Positions 50,980 through 61,568 of a DNA stretch of 64,000 nt are shown one piece after another. The first letter of the stretch is position 1. Each line of letters opens with the position of its first letter. The position numbers and the translations under genes were made by a program. The stretch is taken from contig OZ250186.1 of the NCBI GenBank assembly GCA_965238275.1, positions 608,001 through 672,000 of the forward strand, in the 5' to 3' direction. The notes under the pieces are model-generated. The model was not told where the DNA came from, searched no databases, and was given only the letters and a program-made list of their open reading frames with translations. This DNA is from Nitrosopumilus sp. (lineage in GTDB: Archaea; Thermoproteota; Nitrososphaeria; Nitrososphaerales; Nitrosopumilaceae).

Positions 50980-52118
50980 TGACGCAGGGCACAATCAGGG
51001 CACATGGAGGAGCACTGGTGGACAGAATTACCAACGCCAACCCTGCCGGCCTGTACTCTGTTGCACTCACTGATGATCTTGCAAACGATGTCGAGAATAT
51101 AGCAGACGGAATCTTCAGCCCCCTTGAGGGGTTCCTTGGAAGGCAGGACTTTGAAAGCGTCGTGTCGCGGGGAAGACTTGAAAACGATCTGGCCTGGACC
51201 ATTCCAATAACGCTTGATGTGGACGGACCGACAGGCTCCAAGATGAAGGATGCCGGGGATGTGCTGTTGCGCAATCCCAAGGGAGACGCAGTTGCGGTGA
51301 TTCATGTAGAGGAGATATTTTCATTTGACAAAAAAGAGACTGTACAGGGCGTGTATGGCACCACCGATCCGTCCCATCCTGGGGTTGCCAAGACCATGTC
51401 CATGGGCGAATACCTTGTAGGAGGATCAATTGACTACATCAAGAGACCCGAACATACTGAGATCAGAAGGAACAGGATGACCCCTGTCCAGACCCGGGAT
51501 GCCTTTGCGCAGGCAGGCTGGAAGACGATCTGTGCGTTTCAGACTAGAAATCCTCCCCACGTAGCCCACGAGATGCTGCAAAAGACGTCAATTACCACGC
51601 GGGACGGCGTATTTGTCAATCCCATTATTGGAAGGAAGAAGCCCGGCGACTTTGCCGACGAGGTTATCATAAAATGTTATGAGACCATGATAAAACTGTA
51701 CTATCCCGAAAACAGGTGCATGCTTGGAACTCTTCACACCGAGATGAAGTATGCCGGTCCCAGAGAGGCAATCCACCATGCAATCATGAGACAGAACTAT
51801 GGATGCACGCACATCATAATAGGGCGGGATCATGCAGGAGTCGGCAAGTTCTACGATCCGTTTGCCGCGCATAAGATCTTTGCAGACTATCACGATCTGG
51901 AGATCTCCCCCGTCTTCTTTCCTGCGTTCTTCTACTGCAAAAGATGCCTTACGTATACCACCCGCAAGGCATGTCCGCATGGCGATGACTCAAAGGAGCA
52001 GATCAGCGGCACAAAACTGCGGGAGATGATTCAGAACGGCCAGTCTCCGTCCGAATTCATCCTGAGACCCGAGGTGGCAAGGGTGATCCTGGATCATCCA
52101 AAACCGTTTGTAGACTAG
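50976..52118 (+). CDS. sat: Sulfate adenylyltransferase
   Basis: [32 protein letters not shown]. Confidence 0.96.
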   Translation: MMTQGTIRAHGGALVDRITNANPAGLYSVALTDDLANDVENIADGIFSPLEGFLGRQDFESVVSRGRLENDLAWTIPITLDVDGPTGSKMKDAGDVLLRNPKGDAVAVIHVEEIFSFDKKETVQGVYGTTDPSHPGVAKTMSMGEYLVGGSIDYIKRPEHTEIRRNRMTPVQTRDAFAQAGWKTICAFQTRNPPHVAHEMLQKTSITTRDGVFVNPIIGRKKPGDFADEVIIKCYETMIKLYYPENRCMLGTLHTEMKYAGPREAIHHAIMRQNYGCTHIIIGRDHAGVGKFYDPFAAHKIFADYHDLEISPVFFPAFFYCKRCLTYTTRKACPHGDDSKEQISGTKLREMIQNGQSPSEFILRPEVARVILDHPKPFVD

Positions 52119-52149
52119 ATATTTATTCAATCATGCCCTCCCATACCTC

Positions 52150-52815
52150 GTGAAGTATCTGTATGCCGTCATCCTGCTTGCGGGGTTTATAGTCGTCCCG
52201 GCATCGGCACAGGATGTAATGAACCCCTCGCTTATCAACCGGACAATCGAGATCCAAGCAGACGAGTTCAACCGGGTTCAGCGCGAAGCTCCTGTGGTGA
52301 TGCTTGACGAGGTTCATGCAGTCCACTGGCAGGTAACCATCGACAACAACCTCATATATGAAAACCCTGACGGCAACGCGGTCCTCCGGTTGTACGACCA
52401 GGAGACGCACGACGAGTTTATTGAGGTGGGCATGGGCTCTAATCCTGACAACAAGTACTGGGTTGCAGTACAGACGCCTGAAGAGGGATACATCGTGGTC
52501 CACCGGGATCTGGACAGGGGATGGTATCAGCAGGCAAAGTCCATAGTATCCTACACTGACAGGGCCGGCCTTACCGTGAATAACGGAGCCAGAATTGTGG
52601 TGACGAATCTGGACATCGGGTTGTTCATAATTGACGGCTACTCGGTACACGGGATGGACAGCTCGACTGATCCCCCTGCTGTAAACTCTGGCAGTTTGGT
52701 TGCAGAGTTTCGCTCCGGCGATCCCGCTGAGAACATTCTTGCACTGTTCCCATTCTATCTGGCAGCAGGCATCGGGGCAATAGTAGGCGCGCTGTACCTT
52801 ACCAAGAAGCGTTAA
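52150..52815 (+). CDS. Secreted, C-terminally anchored hypothetical protein
   Basis: Signal peptide; C-terminal TM followed by KKR. Confidence 0.7.
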   Translation: MKYLYAVILLAGFIVVPASAQDVMNPSLINRTIEIQADEFNRVQREAPVVMLDEVHAVHWQVTIDNNLIYENPDGNAVLRLYDQETHDEFIEVGMGSNPDNKYWVAVQTPEEGYIVVHRDLDRGWYQQAKSIVSYTDRAGLTVNNGARIVVTNLDIGLFIIDGYSVHGMDSSTDPPAVNSGSLVAEFRSGDPAENILALFPFYLAAGIGAIVGALYLTKKR

Positions 52816-52878
52816 CAGTCATTCCATTGGATGCAGACTCTCGTGACATGTCCGGCGTGCGGCACCGGATGTAGGCAA

Positions 52879-53265
52879 TCATCCCTCAGACATGACCGGT
52901 TCGGCGTTGGTATCTATGCGGAGTCTCATTCCGTCCCTTATGGAGTCAAACTGTTCCCCTGACACCGTCAGAAGGGGGATGTCTGCAAGCGCACACCCTG
53001 TCACAACGGTAAGATCCGCCTTTTTACATATCATGGCAAGCGGGGCTGCGCTGTTTGACTTTATGGAGTAGATGGTGTATGCCCCCACACTGCTCCCCAC
53101 CCCTCCGGGAAACACCAGAATCGTGTCCCTGATCGACTTGCCGGACAGGTCGTGGCTGTCATCACTAATCACCCCGGTTCTCTTCTCGACGGTTCCAAGA
53201 AAGTTGATCGGATTTTCGGACTTGAGGACAACCCCCTGTGTCCTGCCCCGGACCAGAATCTTCAC
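52879..53265 (-). CDS. Aconitase X swivel subunit (DUF126; putative phosphomevalonate dehydratase small subunit)
   Basis: INFLG, GVGSSVG; overlaps the DUF521 gene. Confidence 0.85.
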   Translation of the reverse strand: MKILVRGRTQGVVLKSENPINFLGTVEKRTGVISDDSHDLSGKSIRDTILVFPGGVGSSVGAYTIYSIKSNSAAPLAMICKKADLTVVTGCALADIPLLTVSGEQFDSIRDGMRLRIDTNAEPVMSEG

Positions 53266-54413
53266 CGGGTCTCCTCCCGGATTATCTGTGAGAGCGGCTT
53301 CAGGTTCACATCTACCTTGTTGGAGTTTTTCAGATAGAATGCGCCCTTGACGCTGTTGGTGGTTACAGCATCGACGTTGTCATGGCTGATCAGCGGACTC
53401 AGGCATATGCAGCAGTCGGCAAGAATTTCACAGCCCGCCTTCTTTAGCATGTCTGAGTGGCCGGACTCTCCGGCCTCCTCCTTTGCCGTTCTCGGGCAGA
53501 ACACCATGCACCTCTTCTTAAACGATCTTCCCTCCAGCATGCCTGCCAGTTCTGCCATCTCCTCAAATCCAAGCTGGGGGCTTCCAAGCGCGATCATGTC
53601 CCCCTCCTCTGCAGTGTTTAACTCATCGTGGATCTTTTGTGCCTCGCTCTCGTCAAAATCCACACTCTCACCTTGGATCTCCTCCTCGTCAAAGACAAAC
53701 TTGGCACACGTGCCGGACGTTCCCATTCCCCCGCACATTGCCTTGCACTGCCGCCTGTCCATTCTGCCCAGCCCGCATATGTTTACAGAATCATCACCCA
53801 TCCTACCTGAAAAGAATCCAAGCATTCCGTACGTCAGCTCGTCTGGTTCCTTTACCTTCATCCGGATCGACATGCCGGACGCATCATCCCTGCGCAATGC
53901 AGAGTACGGACTCTTTCCGGTGATTGCGCTTGCCAGTGCGCTAAACGCACTTTCCTTGTTTGTCCTCAGGCTGTCGTACGAGTTTGCATGTATTGCAGCA
54001 TTGCTTTCGGCAAACGCCACCTGCGTGCCGGGTTCAGGAATATCAAATATCTCGTACGGTATGCACGAGAATGACGGTATTACGCCCATGGCCTCGTATG
54101 ATGACCTAATTGAGAGCTGTTTTGAGACAAAGTTCTCATCCAGTCCGTAATTATCCACACTGTCAATATCAAACCCCATGGGATTCAGGGTCGTCTTTAC
54201 GCTGACCCGGGCATTCCTGATGCTGGAGAGGAACTCCTCGCCTGCATCGCCTATCGTGTTGTAGTTGACCCCGGACAGATGCGCCCATCTTATGGGAACC
54301 AGCCTCTCTGCGTCCGTGGCCTCGCCTGTGGCAGCCAGAATCCTGTATGCCACCTGCATTATCTCCCCATGTTCCCCGTCAAGCGCGGCCTTCTCCGAGT
54401 CCGTAAGCTCCAT
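53262..54413 (-). CDS. Aconitase X catalytic subunit (DUF521; putative phosphomevalonate dehydratase large subunit)
   Basis: AHLSGV, TTLNP, SCIPY, AESNA, TNSVK. Confidence 0.88.
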   Translation of the reverse strand: MELTDSEKAALDGEHGEIMQVAYRILAATGEATDAERLVPIRWAHLSGVNYNTIGDAGEEFLSSIRNARVSVKTTLNPMGFDIDSVDNYGLDENFVSKQLSIRSSYEAMGVIPSFSCIPYEIFDIPEPGTQVAFAESNAAIHANSYDSLRTNKESAFSALASAITGKSPYSALRRDDASGMSIRMKVKEPDELTYGMLGFFSGRMGDDSVNICGLGRMDRRQCKAMCGGMGTSGTCAKFVFDEEEIQGESVDFDESEAQKIHDELNTAEEGDMIALGSPQLGFEEMAELAGMLEGRSFKKRCMVFCPRTAKEEAGESGHSDMLKKAGCEILADCCICLSPLISHDNVDAVTTNSVKGAFYLKNSNKVDVNLKPLSQIIREETR

Positions 54414-54468
54414 GATATCATTGCTGGTGGGATCTACAGATATAACACTTCGTTGCACCCCCAATGAC

Positions 54469-55116
54469 ATGAAGAGAATTCTGTCCGGAATGCGGGACAC
54501 GATGAACTCCGTCAAGCCTCCTAGAATGACTGCGCTGCGGGAGCTGCACGATGCAGAGAGAGGCGGCCCGTTCAGCATCCTGATAGGAACCATCCTGTCT
54601 GCCAGAACAAAGGACGAGAACACGGCCAAGGTGGTAAAATCACTGTTCTCCATATACAGTAACGCCGAGGAGCTTGCATGTGCAAGACTTGAGGATGTCG
54701 AGGAGATAATCCACTCCATCGGATTCTATCACGTCAAGGCCAGACGAATAATCGACGTTGCAAGAATCATACACACCCAGTACAAGGGATTGGTCCCTGA
54801 CAGTCTGGAGAAGCTTGTAGAGTTGCCGGGGGTGGGGAGAAAGACAGCAAACTGTGTGCTGGTCTATGCGTATGAAAAGCCGGCAATACCTGTAGATATT
54901 CATGTCCACAGAATCTCAAACAGGCTTGGGCTGGTAAAGACAAAAACGCCCGAGGAGACTGAACAGGAGCTCATGAAGAAGATTCCAAAAGAGCTCTGGC
55001 TTGACATTAATGACACCTTTGTAATGTACGGGCAGAACATCTGCAAGCCTGTATCCCCCATGTGCGGCGTCTGCAAAATCCGAAGGAGGTGCAGCTTTTA
55101 CAACTCCCTGTCATGA
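54469..55116 (+). CDS. nth: Endonuclease III
   Basis: HhH LPGVGRKTANCVL, VDIHVHR, 4Fe-4S motif CKPVSPMCGVCKIRRRC. Confidence 0.95.
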   Translation: MKRILSGMRDTMNSVKPPRMTALRELHDAERGGPFSILIGTILSARTKDENTAKVVKSLFSIYSNAEELACARLEDVEEIIHSIGFYHVKARRIIDVARIIHTQYKGLVPDSLEKLVELPGVGRKTANCVLVYAYEKPAIPVDIHVHRISNRLGLVKTKTPEETEQELMKKIPKELWLDINDTFVMYGQNICKPVSPMCGVCKIRRRCSFYNSLS

Positions 55117-55246
55117 CTCAAGACAGTCCTGCCTGCGCATCCGTCTCATATCCCGCCGTCACGCCTGGGCAGTCGCGACACTTTGTGAAGAAAAGATTAC
55201 CCACGCATGAAATTTGTTATAGACTAATATTCAATTACCACCTCGT

Positions 55247-56413
55247 ATGGTTGAAAGGCGTATGATTGCAAACAATCCCCAGCTCTCGATAATTCTTCCC
55301 ACATACAACGAGTCCCAGAACATACTGGGAATCCTCAAGTCCATTCGCGAGAACATTCCAAAGGGAATCCGCTCAGAGACCATAGTGGTCGACGACAATT
55401 CGCCGGACGGAACAGGAAGGATAGTCGAGGACTACATCTCAGGCATCAGAAGGATGGCAGGGGACACGATTGACGTGATCCACAGAAGGACAAAGAACGG
55501 ACTCTCTTCTGCAATCCTCAACGGAATCCAGAACGCAAGGGGAGACATGATAGTGATTATGGACTCGGACTTTTCACACCCGCCGCAGATCATCCCCAAG
55601 ATGATCGAGGCCTTCAGGCACCACCGGTGCGATCTTGTAGTGGCGTCAAGGTACATCACAGGGGGCCGCATTCGGGGCTGGACTGCCAAGAGGCGGCTCA
55701 TGAGCAAGACTGCGACCGTGATTGCAAAGAAGGGCCTGGGTGTTCAGATAAAGGATCCAATGTCGGGCTTCTTTGCCTTCCGGAAGAGCATCATCAAGGG
55801 GATGAACTTTGACGCGCTGGGCTACAAGTTTCTGCTGGAACTGCTGGTAAAGACCAAGGGAATCAGCGTAAGGGAGATTCCATACACGTTTGAGAACAGA
55901 AAGCTTGGCTCAAGCAAGCTTGACGGGGCGACGGTGGTAGGCTATCTCAGATCCGTCTGGCGGCTGTACAGGAAAGGAAGACGGGATGCCGGCGAGAGGC
56001 GCAGCTCCGTGCGCTTCCTGTCCAAGGCTGCACGGTTCTTTACAGTCGGGGCATCCGGCTTTGTTGTAAACTATGTGGTCTCGATGCTCTTTACGTCGGG
56101 ACTTGCCGAGATGTGGTATCTTCATGCCAACATAGTTGGAATAATGGCATCCATATCGACCAACTTCATACTCAACAAGATCTGGACATTCGAGGACCGG
56201 GACTTTTCAAAGTGGAGGACGCTGACCCAGTATGGCAAGTTTGGCCTGTTCAGCTCGCTGGGCGCACTGGTGCAGCTTGGAATGGTGTTCTGGCTTATAG
56301 ACACGCATGATGTAGTGTATCCGCTCGCGCTGATCCTGGGAATATCATCTGCAGCATTTGGCAACTTCCTCCTCAACAAGAAGCTGACCTTCAAAGAGAA
56401 GCTCTGGGGCTAA
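55247..56413 (+). CDS. Polyprenol-phosphate mannosyltransferase-like GT2 fused to a GtrA domain
   Basis: PTYNE, VDDNSPDGT, MDSDFSHPP, DPMSGFF; C-terminal NFILNKIWTF. Confidence 0.9.
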   Translation: MVERRMIANNPQLSIILPTYNESQNILGILKSIRENIPKGIRSETIVVDDNSPDGTGRIVEDYISGIRRMAGDTIDVIHRRTKNGLSSAILNGIQNARGDMIVIMDSDFSHPPQIIPKMIEAFRHHRCDLVVASRYITGGRIRGWTAKRRLMSKTATVIAKKGLGVQIKDPMSGFFAFRKSIIKGMNFDALGYKFLLELLVKTKGISVREIPYTFENRKLGSSKLDGATVVGYLRSVWRLYRKGRRDAGERRSSVRFLSKAARFFTVGASGFVVNYVVSMLFTSGLAEMWYLHANIVGIMASISTNFILNKIWTFEDRDFSKWRTLTQYGKFGLFSSLGALVQLGMVFWLIDTHDVVYPLALILGISSAAFGNFLLNKKLTFKEKLWG

Positions 56414-56450
56414 TCTCTAATTAAAACAAAAAGAAGGGCCTGTTCGTCTT

Positions 56451-57104
56451 CTACTCGAAACTGGAAGTAGTTGTTTTGGACGAAAGTCCGATTGAAGCTG
56501 GTGCGGATGGGAATTTTTCTCCTATCTGCTGCTCGGCAACTGCCGCTGCCTCCTGAATGATCTTCTCTGTCTCCTCGTTTGAGAGGTCGGAGTCCATGTT
56601 GCCGAATGAATCTCCTGCGAGCGAGTCGACCATGAGCCCGTTGAGCGTCTGGGTCATCGCATTCAGTTCCGAGTCTGCCTCTGGCATGAATCTTCCGAGC
56701 GAGGATTTCAATCCCTTCATGGTTGACATTGCTGGCCCTATTGCCACCATGGCATCACCAAGATCATGAATGGTTGTTAGTCTTAGTTGAACTTGTTCCA
56801 GTGATACCCTTGCGTTACTTAGCATCTTTGTAACCTTGCGGATCTCTGCTAGTTCGTTGGACAGGACTCTGCTTGTGCCGATGTCGTGCTGCTGCATGGC
56901 AGTTACGACCCTCTTGAAGAGATGCGCATCCCTTTCATGCAGCTTGTTTAGCATAGAGTCCATCTTTGAGACCTGGACTTGTAGCTTGTTCACAGCAGTC
57001 TGGATTCGTGGCTTCAAGGCTCCCTGAGGCTTTATAGCATCATGGAGTTTGTCGCTCATGCTTCCTGTTTCCTGTTTAGACCAAGTTTTGTTGAAGTTTG
57101 GCAT
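56451..57104 (-). CDS. ESCRT-III / CdvB-like (Snf7) protein
   Basis: NELAEIRKV, LEQVQLRLTT, DLGD. Confidence 0.9.
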   Translation of the reverse strand: MPNFNKTWSKQETGSMSDKLHDAIKPQGALKPRIQTAVNKLQVQVSKMDSMLNKLHERDAHLFKRVVTAMQQHDIGTSRVLSNELAEIRKVTKMLSNARVSLEQVQLRLTTIHDLGDAMVAIGPAMSTMKGLKSSLGRFMPEADSELNAMTQTLNGLMVDSLAGDSFGNMDSDLSNEETEKIIQEAAAVAEQQIGEKFPSAPASIGLSSKTTTSSFE

Positions 57105-57247
57105 GACTGCTGGTTTAGGAATTTAGTCTTAATGTATCGTGTATATTTAGATCAACATCGGGCTAAATTTAGCTGACAATATTCCATCCGCGGCAGACAC
57201 GATCCAACGTAGTCACTCCAACGAAGCCGCCCTGAAGGCATACTATT

Positions 57248-58027
57248 ATGACAGAATCGCCTCCAAAATGCGTGGCAAGGATTGCCGTCTTTGATTCGGG
57301 TCTGGGATCGCTTTCAGTCATACTGGCAATCCGGAGTGTGATGAAGGCAGACATTGTGTATTTTGCAGACCAGCAGAACTTTCCCTACGGACTCAAGTCA
57401 CATTCACAACTCAGGTCCATAATTACTAGAACCATCCGGATGCTTGAGGAGAGGTTCTCCCCGGATGGCATCGTAATGGCATCAAACACACCCAGCCTCA
57501 TGCTGGACATTCACAATCCGAAGGTGATCGGCGTGAGGCCTCCGCTGGCCGAGGCCTGCAAGGCCTCCAGGTCAGGTGGGATTGGAATTCTTGCAACCCG
57601 GTCGGCGGTAAGAAGCAGGGGTCTTTCAAGGTACATCAAACAGAATGCCCCAGAACAGTGCAGAATTCACAGGATTGACGGCTCCGGGCTTGTAGATCTG
57701 GTAGAGTCCGGGCGGTTCCTAACAGACAGGAGTCTGTGCAGGAAGGCAATACGGGAGAGTCTGGAGGATACAATATCCAGAAACTCCATTGACACTGTCA
57801 CCCTCTCCAGCACACACCTTCCCTTCCTGCAGGACATGCTGGATGGCGAGTTTCCCCAAGTCAGGTTCATTGATCCGGGCAGAATGGTGGCCTCGGTTCT
57901 CTCAAGGCGGCACGGCAGTTCTCCAAGAAACTCACTGAGAATCTTTACCTCGGCAGAACCCGGGAACCTTCAGGAGAGCCTGACGGGTCTGGGGATCAAA
58001 AACAGGGTTTTGCGCCTGTCTATCTGA
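57248..58027 (+). CDS. Glutamate racemase-like protein (Ser at both catalytic Cys positions)
   Basis: FDSGLG, FPYG, ASNT, LSSTH. Confidence 0.82.
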   Translation: MTESPPKCVARIAVFDSGLGSLSVILAIRSVMKADIVYFADQQNFPYGLKSHSQLRSIITRTIRMLEERFSPDGIVMASNTPSLMLDIHNPKVIGVRPPLAEACKASRSGGIGILATRSAVRSRGLSRYIKQNAPEQCRIHRIDGSGLVDLVESGRFLTDRSLCRKAIRESLEDTISRNSIDTVTLSSTHLPFLQDMLDGEFPQVRFIDPGRMVASVLSRRHGSSPRNSLRIFTSAEPGNLQESLTGLGIKNRVLRLSI

Positions 58028-58784
58028 CTTTGGCCCTTCTGTAACCGTGGCTGAACTCCTTGTCATACAGCTTGGAGTATTCGTATGACTCTGGCTCTAT
58101 GACATCGCCGATAATTATGATGGCAGTCCTTGTAATCCCTGCGTCCCTTGTCTTTTTTGCAATGTCCTCCAGCGTCCCCTTCAGGATCGTCTGATCCTTC
58201 CAGCTTGCCCTGTATACGACTGCAGCAGGCGTGGTCTCCTTGTAGCCTCCGGCCACTGCCTCCCTGACAAGCCCTGCGATCAGCTGTGCGCTGAGATAAA
58301 AGATCATCGTTGCCCCGTGCCCTGCAAGCTCGGATATTCTCTCCCTGTCTGGAACCTTGGTTCTTGATTCTGCCCTTGTAATGATTATCGTCTGGGTGAC
58401 TCCCGGCAGGGTAAGCTGTGTTCCCAGCGCGGCAGCCGAGGCAAGAAACGCAGTGACCCCAGGCACGACTGTGGATTCTATCCCCTTTGCCTTGAGATTG
58501 TCGATCTGCTCCCTTATCGCGCCATATATGGACGGATCTCCGTCATGAAGTCTGACCACCCGTCTGTTCTCCCTTGCGTTCTGGTACAGCAGATCGAATA
58601 TCTCCTCCCTGACAAGCCCTGATGCGTCATGCAGCTCCCCGTTCCTGCACAGCTTCAGGATGGGTTCGGGAATCAGGGATCCTGAGTATACCACCACATC
58701 TGCCTCCTGAATCAGCCTGCTGGCCTTGACTGTAATGAGTTCGGGATCGCCTGGTCCGCATCCCACAAAGAAGACTTTAGACAC
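58020..58784 (-). CDS. cbiF: Cobalt-precorrin-4 C11-methyltransferase
   Basis: VGCGPGDPELIT, RLHDGDPSIYGA, VPGVTAF, SKLYD. Confidence 0.93.
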   Translation of the reverse strand: MSKVFFVGCGPGDPELITVKASRLIQEADVVVYSGSLIPEPILKLCRNGELHDASGLVREEIFDLLYQNARENRRVVRLHDGDPSIYGAIREQIDNLKAKGIESTVVPGVTAFLASAAALGTQLTLPGVTQTIIITRAESRTKVPDRERISELAGHGATMIFYLSAQLIAGLVREAVAGGYKETTPAAVVYRASWKDQTILKGTLEDIAKKTRDAGITRTAIIIIGDVIEPESYEYSKLYDKEFSHGYRRAKVR

Positions 58785-59499
58785 GCTTTACCACCAGTAT
58801 TGAAAAGTATTTGGTCGTCAGGGTACTGTCATTTACCTCACCAAGCGTCATCTTTCTGACGATCTCCTTGTCGGTACCAAGATCCTGTCCTATTGCAAAG
58901 ATGGAATCTGCAGGGAACCCGGACTCCCTTAGCACGTCTATCACCTGATCAAAATACCTCCCGTCCTTGAGAAAGACCATGGTCTCAGAGTTTTTTGCAA
59001 TCTCCCTGACGCTGGACAGGTCATAGCATGATGGAATTATTGCAACCTTCTCTGCCCCCTCTGCAATACTTACGCCTACCTTTGAGGCAAACGTGAATAT
59101 CGAGACGATTCCGGGTATCACGCTTATGTCCATGTCCGGATGGTTTTCTGTAAGATCCCTGTGCATGTAGATCCACGTGCTGTACAGGTATGGATCCCCT
59201 ACAGTGATATACACGATGTTCTTCCCTGACAGGACTCTTTCTGCCATGATTTTGGCATTTCTCTTCCATGTCTGCTCAAGAACCGCCCTGTCCTTTGTCA
59301 TCGGAAAGATCAGTTTTACAACCTCCTGGCCTGCCGACTTGTCGATTAATTGTGATATTATTGAGAATGCTATACTCGGCCTGTCCTCTCCTGATGCCGG
59401 GCACATTATGATATCTGCATTCTGGATTGTCCTTACGGCCTTAACCGTAAGCAGATCGGGATCCCCCGGACCCACCCCTATTGCAGTCAGACCAGGCAT
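58777..59499 (-). CDS. cbiL: Cobalt-precorrin-2 C20-methyltransferase
   Basis: GVGPGDPDLLTVKA, FPMTK, GDPYLYST, YFS. Confidence 0.92.
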   Translation of the reverse strand: MPGLTAIGVGPGDPDLLTVKAVRTIQNADIIMCPASGEDRPSIAFSIISQLIDKSAGQEVVKLIFPMTKDRAVLEQTWKRNAKIMAERVLSGKNIVYITVGDPYLYSTWIYMHRDLTENHPDMDISVIPGIVSIFTFASKVGVSIAEGAEKVAIIPSCYDLSSVREIAKNSETMVFLKDGRYFDQVIDVLRESGFPADSIFAIGQDLGTDKEIVRKMTLGEVNDSTLTTKYFSILVVKRV

Positions 59500-59672
59500 G
59501 CGGGTTTTTGGACAGCCCCAATTAAAAATCTAGGTTAGCGTCCCGGCCCATTGCAGGTACTGAACCTGGTGTTTCGGCCAGTCTGCAAAATGCGTGGTGT
59601 CCTGACAGCGTATCCTGCCGACTACGGATCAGCACCACTCTTTTATAAAAACGACATGATCATAATATTACC

Positions 59673-61568
59673 TTGGTTGACGTTAGTTGGATGATTGGCG
59701 GACCTCAAGGAACCGGCGTCGACTCGGGCGCGTCCGTATTCATGAAGGTCCTGGCGCGGTACGGTTACCATGTGTTTGGCACCAGAGAGTTTTTTACCAA
59801 TATCAAGGGGGAACACAGCCACTTTGTGGTCCGGATCTCAGACGAGCCCATCAACTCCACCGTCGAGGGGATGGACCTGCTTGCCGCCTTTGACGCAGAG
59901 ACCGTTCTGAGGCATTTTCACGATGTCTCTGGGGGAATCATATACAACTCTGATGTGGAAGGAACCAAGATGGAGGATATTCCAACCATCGACGAGACAG
60001 ACAAGAAAAGTATTGCAGGGCGCCTTTCATCCCAAGACAAGCAGCCGACCATGGCAGGAGCACTGGAGGCGGCCAAGGAGCGAGGCGTCCGGCTGTACCC
60101 GGTATCGTTCAACGGACTGCTTGACGACCTTGCAGAAAAGACCAACAATCCAAGAATGCGCGGCCTCTTGAGGATGCACAACACGATGGCAGTGGCGCTG
60201 TCACTCGGACTGCTCGGGGTGCCGCCCGAACCGATGCTTGAGGCGATCGGAAAGGTGTTTGAGAAGAATGCCCGGGCAGCCGGCGTAGTCAAGCAGACCG
60301 CGGAACACGCCTACAGTCACGCGGTAGCCGAATTCGACTATGCCGCCACCCTACCGCCTGTGGAGAAACAGCCGAGGACCATACTGGCAAACGGCTTCCA
60401 CGGGACAGCCCTTGGAAAGATAGCGTGCGGCTGCAGGCTCCAAGCCTACTACCCAATTACCCCGGCCACCGACGAGTCGTTCTATCTAGAGTCCAACGCG
60501 GTCTTCGACGTGGTGGACTCGCGGCCCGGTTCCATTGCCGTGGTGCAGACCGAAGACGAGCTGTCTGCAATCGGAGTGGCCGTGGGAGGATCGCTGACCG
60601 GAGTCCGTTCGTCTGTGGCCACGTCCGGCCCGGGACTGTGCCTGATGGTGGAGATCCTGGGATGGGCTGCAATCAGCGAGACGCCGTTGGTGATAACTGA
60701 CTACCAGAGGTCGGGGCCGTCATCCGGCATTGCCACAAAGCACGGACAAGACGATCTGGTCTTTTCGATATCCGCCGGACACGGGGACCTGGCAAAGATC
60801 GTGTATGCCTCCGGAACCATAGGGGAGAGCTTTTACGATACCGGAAACTGCTTCAACTACGCCGACATCTTCCAGGTTCCGGTGATACACCTGATGGACA
60901 GGTTCCTCGTGACATCCGTAACCACGTGCAAGCGGTTTGAGCCCCGGCTGGTCAGGATCAAGCGCGGAAAGATGCCAGACAGCGTGGGAAAAGACTACCG
61001 GAGATTCGAGATTACAGAGGACGGCATATCCCCGCGTTCGAGGCTGGGACTGGACGACGGAATATTCTGGACGACGGGGACAGAGTCCAACGAGTCCGGC
61101 CATTTTGACGAGAACCCCGCAATGCGCATGAAGATGATGCACAAGAGGATGTCCCGCCTTGGCCTGATACTCAAGGGCATCCCGGAAAAAGAGCAGGTAA
61201 CATCCTTCGGCGTCCGGGAATATACCGTGGTCTCGTGGGGCTCTACCAAGGGGCCGATAATCGATGCAATCAAGATGCTCAAGCGTGACGGGATCGACAT
61301 CGGATTCGTGCAGATAAAGCTGCTGCATCCGTTCCCGGCGGATCTTGTAACCTCCCTGCTCAAGGACGCCCGGGTGATAATAGACGTGGAGGCCAACTAT
61401 TCAGCCCAGCTTGCAAGCGTCCTAAAGCAGAACACGAGGATGGACTTTGACTACCACATCCTAAAGTACAACGGACGGGCCATGACGTGCACCGAAGTTT
61501 ACAGCACCCTCAAGAAAGTGGTCCGGAACGAGGCAGAGCAAAGGGAGATCCTGACTTATGACACATAA
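59673..61568 (+). CDS. 2-oxoacid:ferredoxin oxidoreductase alpha subunit
   Basis: GGPQGTG, YPITP, EDE, TSGPG, QRSGPS, WGST. Confidence 0.93.
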   Translation: MVDVSWMIGGPQGTGVDSGASVFMKVLARYGYHVFGTREFFTNIKGEHSHFVVRISDEPINSTVEGMDLLAAFDAETVLRHFHDVSGGIIYNSDVEGTKMEDIPTIDETDKKSIAGRLSSQDKQPTMAGALEAAKERGVRLYPVSFNGLLDDLAEKTNNPRMRGLLRMHNTMAVALSLGLLGVPPEPMLEAIGKVFEKNARAAGVVKQTAEHAYSHAVAEFDYAATLPPVEKQPRTILANGFHGTALGKIACGCRLQAYYPITPATDESFYLESNAVFDVVDSRPGSIAVVQTEDELSAIGVAVGGSLTGVRSSVATSGPGLCLMVEILGWAAISETPLVITDYQRSGPSSGIATKHGQDDLVFSISAGHGDLAKIVYASGTIGESFYDTGNCFNYADIFQVPVIHLMDRFLVTSVTTCKRFEPRLVRIKRGKMPDSVGKDYRRFEITEDGISPRSRLGLDDGIFWTTGTESNESGHFDENPAMRMKMMHKRMSRLGLILKGIPEKEQVTSFGVREYTVVSWGSTKGPIIDAIKMLKRDGIDIGFVQIKLLHPFPADLVTSLLKDARVIIDVEANYSAQLASVLKQNTRMDFDYHILKYNGRAMTCTEVYSTLKKVVRNEAEQREILTYDT

